This document shows positions 40,948 through 43,030 of a stretch of DNA of 43,030 nucleotides, piece after piece. The stretch comes from Candidatus Curtissbacteria bacterium RIFCSPLOWO2_02_FULL_40_11. GTDB lineage: Bacteria; Patescibacteriota; Microgenomatia; Curtissbacterales; GWA2-41-24. Position numbers and translations under genes: made by a program. The stretch's first letter is position 1. Each line of letters starts with the position of its first letter. Below the pieces are notes generated by a model. The model did not search any database. It worked only from the letters and a program-made list of their open reading frames with translations, and had not been told where the DNA came from. The DNA is taken from the NCBI GenBank assembly GCA_001776505.1, contig MFBV01000001.1, positions 862 through 43,891 of the forward strand, given 5' to 3'.

Positions 40948-42138
40948 ATGGACATTATTAGATTATTCACCCTACTAACCCTTGCATCCATAATTCCGGG
41001 TCAGTTAATAAGGATTCCTTTGGGTATCAGTGGAGCAATAACGCTAACAGATGTCAGTGTTATTGTAACAGTCTTAGCTTTTACGGTTCACTCCCTATAT
41101 TCCAAAAGGAAGATTTATTTACAAAAAAACATTTTTTATTTTTTCCTAATTTTTATAATTTCGGCACTTGCCTCCACTATTTTGGCTCTAAATACATTTT
41201 CTATTAATGAAGTAACTCTTGGAACCTTTTTCTTAATTAGATTTATATTCTATTTTCTAATTAGCGTAGTCGCGCTAAATGTTATTAAAATTAATGAGAT
41301 AGAAAGTTGGCTAAAAGCAATTTTAGTTTTCGGAACCATCTTTACCTTAATTGGGTTAATACAACTTTTAACATTTCCTGATTTACGATTGTTAACCATT
41401 TTTGGCTGGGATCCACATTCTACGAGACTTGTTTCAAGTCTGGTAGACCCTAACTTTACAGGCGGCCTACTTGCTTTATTTTTTACGGTTTCACTAAGTC
41501 TTTATGTCTTTAAAAAAGACGCAGCTTATCTTCTGTTGAGCATTTTGTTTTTAGCATCCCTAATATTAACTTTTTCCAGAAGCGCATATCTGGCATTAAC
41601 GGTAGCCACCATAGTTATAGGTGCATTTAAATCTCCCAGGTTGATATTTGCAATTTTGCTGATATTTCTAGTTTCTTTAGCGCTAATATCAAAATCTAGA
41701 GAAAGAGTTGTGGCCGGCTTAACTTTAGATGAAACAGCAAGAGCAAGAATCGAAAGTTGGCAAAATGCCTATTCCATTTTTTCCAAAAACATTCTATTTG
41801 GTGTTGGATTTAATACTTTTAGGTATGTTCAAATACAAGCAGGTGCTTTCTCAATTGATAATCCCCAAGGAGGACATTCTGGTGCAGGGGTTGATTCGAG
41901 TATTTTATTTGTAGCAGCAACTACGGGCATATTCGGCCTCGGTACTTTTATTTTATTTTTAATTTCGATTTTCAAAACTATTTTTAAGGGTATTGAGAAT
42001 AGTTACATAAAGCTAATTACTTTTACTAGCATCATTCTATTGCTAGTGCACTCACAATTCGTTAATTCTCTATTTTTCCCACAGATTATGATAATATTTT
42101 GGTTTCTACTTGGTTTGAATTTTGTTAGAGATTTATAA
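40948..42138 (+). CDS. O-antigen ligase/Wzy_C-family polytopic membrane protein
   Basis: The ORF is open from 40861 and ATG 40948 (MDIIRLF...) precedes the first TM. About 10 TM, with FSRSAYLAL and a periplasmic-loop pattern typical of Wzy_C. Confidence 0.65.
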   Translation: MDIIRLFTLLTLASIIPGQLIRIPLGISGAITLTDVSVIVTVLAFTVHSLYSKRKIYLQKNIFYFFLIFIISALASTILALNTFSINEVTLGTFFLIRFIFYFLISVVALNVIKINEIESWLKAILVFGTIFTLIGLIQLLTFPDLRLLTIFGWDPHSTRLVSSLVDPNFTGGLLALFFTVSLSLYVFKKDAAYLLLSILFLASLILTFSRSAYLALTVATIVIGAFKSPRLIFAILLIFLVSLALISKSRERVVAGLTLDETARARIESWQNAYSIFSKNILFGVGFNTFRYVQIQAGAFSIDNPQGGHSGAGVDSSILFVAATTGIFGLGTFILFLISIFKTIFKGIENSYIKLITFTSIILLLVHSQFVNSLFFPQIMIIFWFLLGLNFVRDL

Positions 42139-42150
42139 GCAAGTAAAAGG

Positions 42151-42876
42151 CTATTTCTTGAAGTGAAGCCTAAGTAATTTTGTTTCAGAGTTGCCAGCTT
42201 CGTCTGAGGCTTTAATTTCGATTTTATTTTCACCTTCTGATTCTAGCGGGATGGTTATCTCAAAATCCCCATTCGAGTTAACATTTGCCAAAAATCCTTG
42301 CGCGAATACTTGAGCTTCAGGCTCGGTTTTACCCATAATTTTAACTCTATTATTACCGGAAAAATGTTGTTCGTCTTCTGGGGTTGATATTTCTAATTTA
42401 GGAGGCTCTTTATCAAGAATCACAGTTATTGTTTTTGAAAAATCGCTCGATTCACCATTACGACTTACTGCTTTAAGAGATATTTCATTCTTGCCTCTAT
42501 TAAGAAGAAAATCTTTAAATTCAAACCTGCCATCATAGGTATCGGTTTGGTCAATCTTATTCGAATTACGATAAATTTCTACGTTACTACCATTACCTGA
42601 AAAACCCGAAATCGTAATTCTTTCTTCATTAGTAGCTTTAGGTAAAGAATCTATAATCGGTGCACTTAAAGAAGAGTTCAAGGCACTTGTTTTCTGTGAT
42701 TCATCTTGTTTAAAAATTGAATCAAGAAAGTCGGCAAAACCTCCTAAGAATTTCAAGCCAACTGTAAAAAGCATTGTAACTAGGACTACACTAAATATTG
42801 TAAGCCAAAAAATTCGCTTGACTACGGTCTTTTCTTCGTGTCTGGCGATTCTTTGAACCCTATTAACTCTTTTCAC
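42151..42876 (-). CDS. Membrane-anchored protein with two Ig-like repeats
   Basis: 241 aa with an N-terminal TM (IFWLTIFSVVLVTMLFTV). Two similar beta-rich modules (ITISGFSGNGSNVEIY...NEISLKAVSRNGESS and VKIMGKTEPEAQVF...NKIEIKASDEAGNSE). Confidence 0.6.
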   Translation of the reverse strand: MKRVNRVQRIARHEEKTVVKRIFWLTIFSVVLVTMLFTVGLKFLGGFADFLDSIFKQDESQKTSALNSSLSAPIIDSLPKATNEERITISGFSGNGSNVEIYRNSNKIDQTDTYDGRFEFKDFLLNRGKNEISLKAVSRNGESSDFSKTITVILDKEPPKLEISTPEDEQHFSGNNRVKIMGKTEPEAQVFAQGFLANVNSNGDFEITIPLESEGENKIEIKASDEAGNSETKLLRLHFKK

Positions 42877-42886
42877 GGCTGTTTAG

Positions 42887-42958
42887 AGCCGGCGGTGAGA
42901 ATCGAACTCACGACCTACTGTTTACGAAACAGTTGCTCTACCACTGAGCTACACCGGC
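42887..42958 (-). tRNA. tRNA-Thr (anticodon CGU), CCA not encoded
   Basis: Minus strand: GCCGGTG-TA-GCTC-AGTGGTA-GAGC-A-ACTGT-TTCGTAA-ACAGT-AGGTC-GTGAG-TTCGATT-CTCAC-CGCCGGC-T. All four stems pair (one G:U in the acceptor). 72 nt. Confidence 0.9.
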
Positions 42959-42967
42959 AGCTTAAAT

Positions 42968-42996
42968 ATTTTAGCTTTTTAGAAAAGAGGATTCAA
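42968..42996 (-). promoter_or_regulatory. Promoter TTGAAT-17-TAAAAT for tRNA-Thr
   Basis: Reverse complement of 42991-42996 is TTGAAT and of 42968-42973 is TAAAAT. The tRNA 5' end lies 9 nt downstream. Confidence 0.45.
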
Positions 42997-43030
42997 ACAG
43001 GTGGGGTTTAGAGAGCGGGTGATGGCCGCC

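Noticed and set aside
1-43030. Alternative genetic code (UGA recoding, as in some CPR lineages)
   Set aside because: All conserved genes are full length under the standard bacterial code, and TGA is used as a genuine stop (for example mraZ, ddl, murE and ftsW junctions).
42961-43030. Possible additional RNA gene or terminator at the right edge (GC-rich GGCGGCCATCACCCGCTC on the minus strand)
   Set aside because: The sequence is cut by the window edge. It does not fold into a tRNA 3' half that I can recognise. Only the tRNA-Thr promoter is called here.

Overview
This is a low-GC, tightly packed bacterial chromosome segment. Short intergenic gaps, ATGA start/stop overlaps, few Shine-Dalgarno sites and a DUF5652-type small membrane protein fit a reduced-genome lineage such as Patescibacteria/CPR (inference only). 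The backbone is an expanded division/cell-wall (dcw) cluster. It opens with mraZ-rsmH-ftsL-ftsI (1-3.4 kb). A ~7 kb accessory insert follows: a GreA-C-terminal-domain protein, an XRE/MmyB-like regulator, GlcG, a GC-richer divergent gene trio of unknown function, and a GAF histidine kinase with REC and PAS proteins. The cluster then resumes as murE-(glmU-N::murC fusion)-murB-murA-ddl-[orphan 472-aa gene]-murF-mraY-murI-murD-ftsW-murG-ftsQ-ftsA-ftsZ (10.6-28.3 kb). Between ftsZ and ileS lies a ~6.5 kb accessory island. It holds Phd-VapC, MntA-HepT and Phd/YefM-RelE toxin-antitoxin pairs, several compositionally atypical orphan genes (one Tat-signal HExxH protein), and repeated, hairpin-rich non-coding modules. 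The right arm carries ileS, rodA, rplU, rpmA, parB, lepB, an O-antigen-ligase-family protein, an Ig-like membrane protein and tRNA-Thr(CGU). I recognised no rRNA, CRISPR array, transposase, integrase or reverse transcriptase. The best candidates for something undescribed are three. First, the foreign-looking 472-aa gene inside the dcw cluster, bracketed by a duplicated ddl-end/promoter segment. Second, the repeated non-coding modules and GA-rich hairpin element in the TA island. Third, the divergent trio at 5.2-7.7 kb. All family assignments come from motif recognition by eye. No searches were run.
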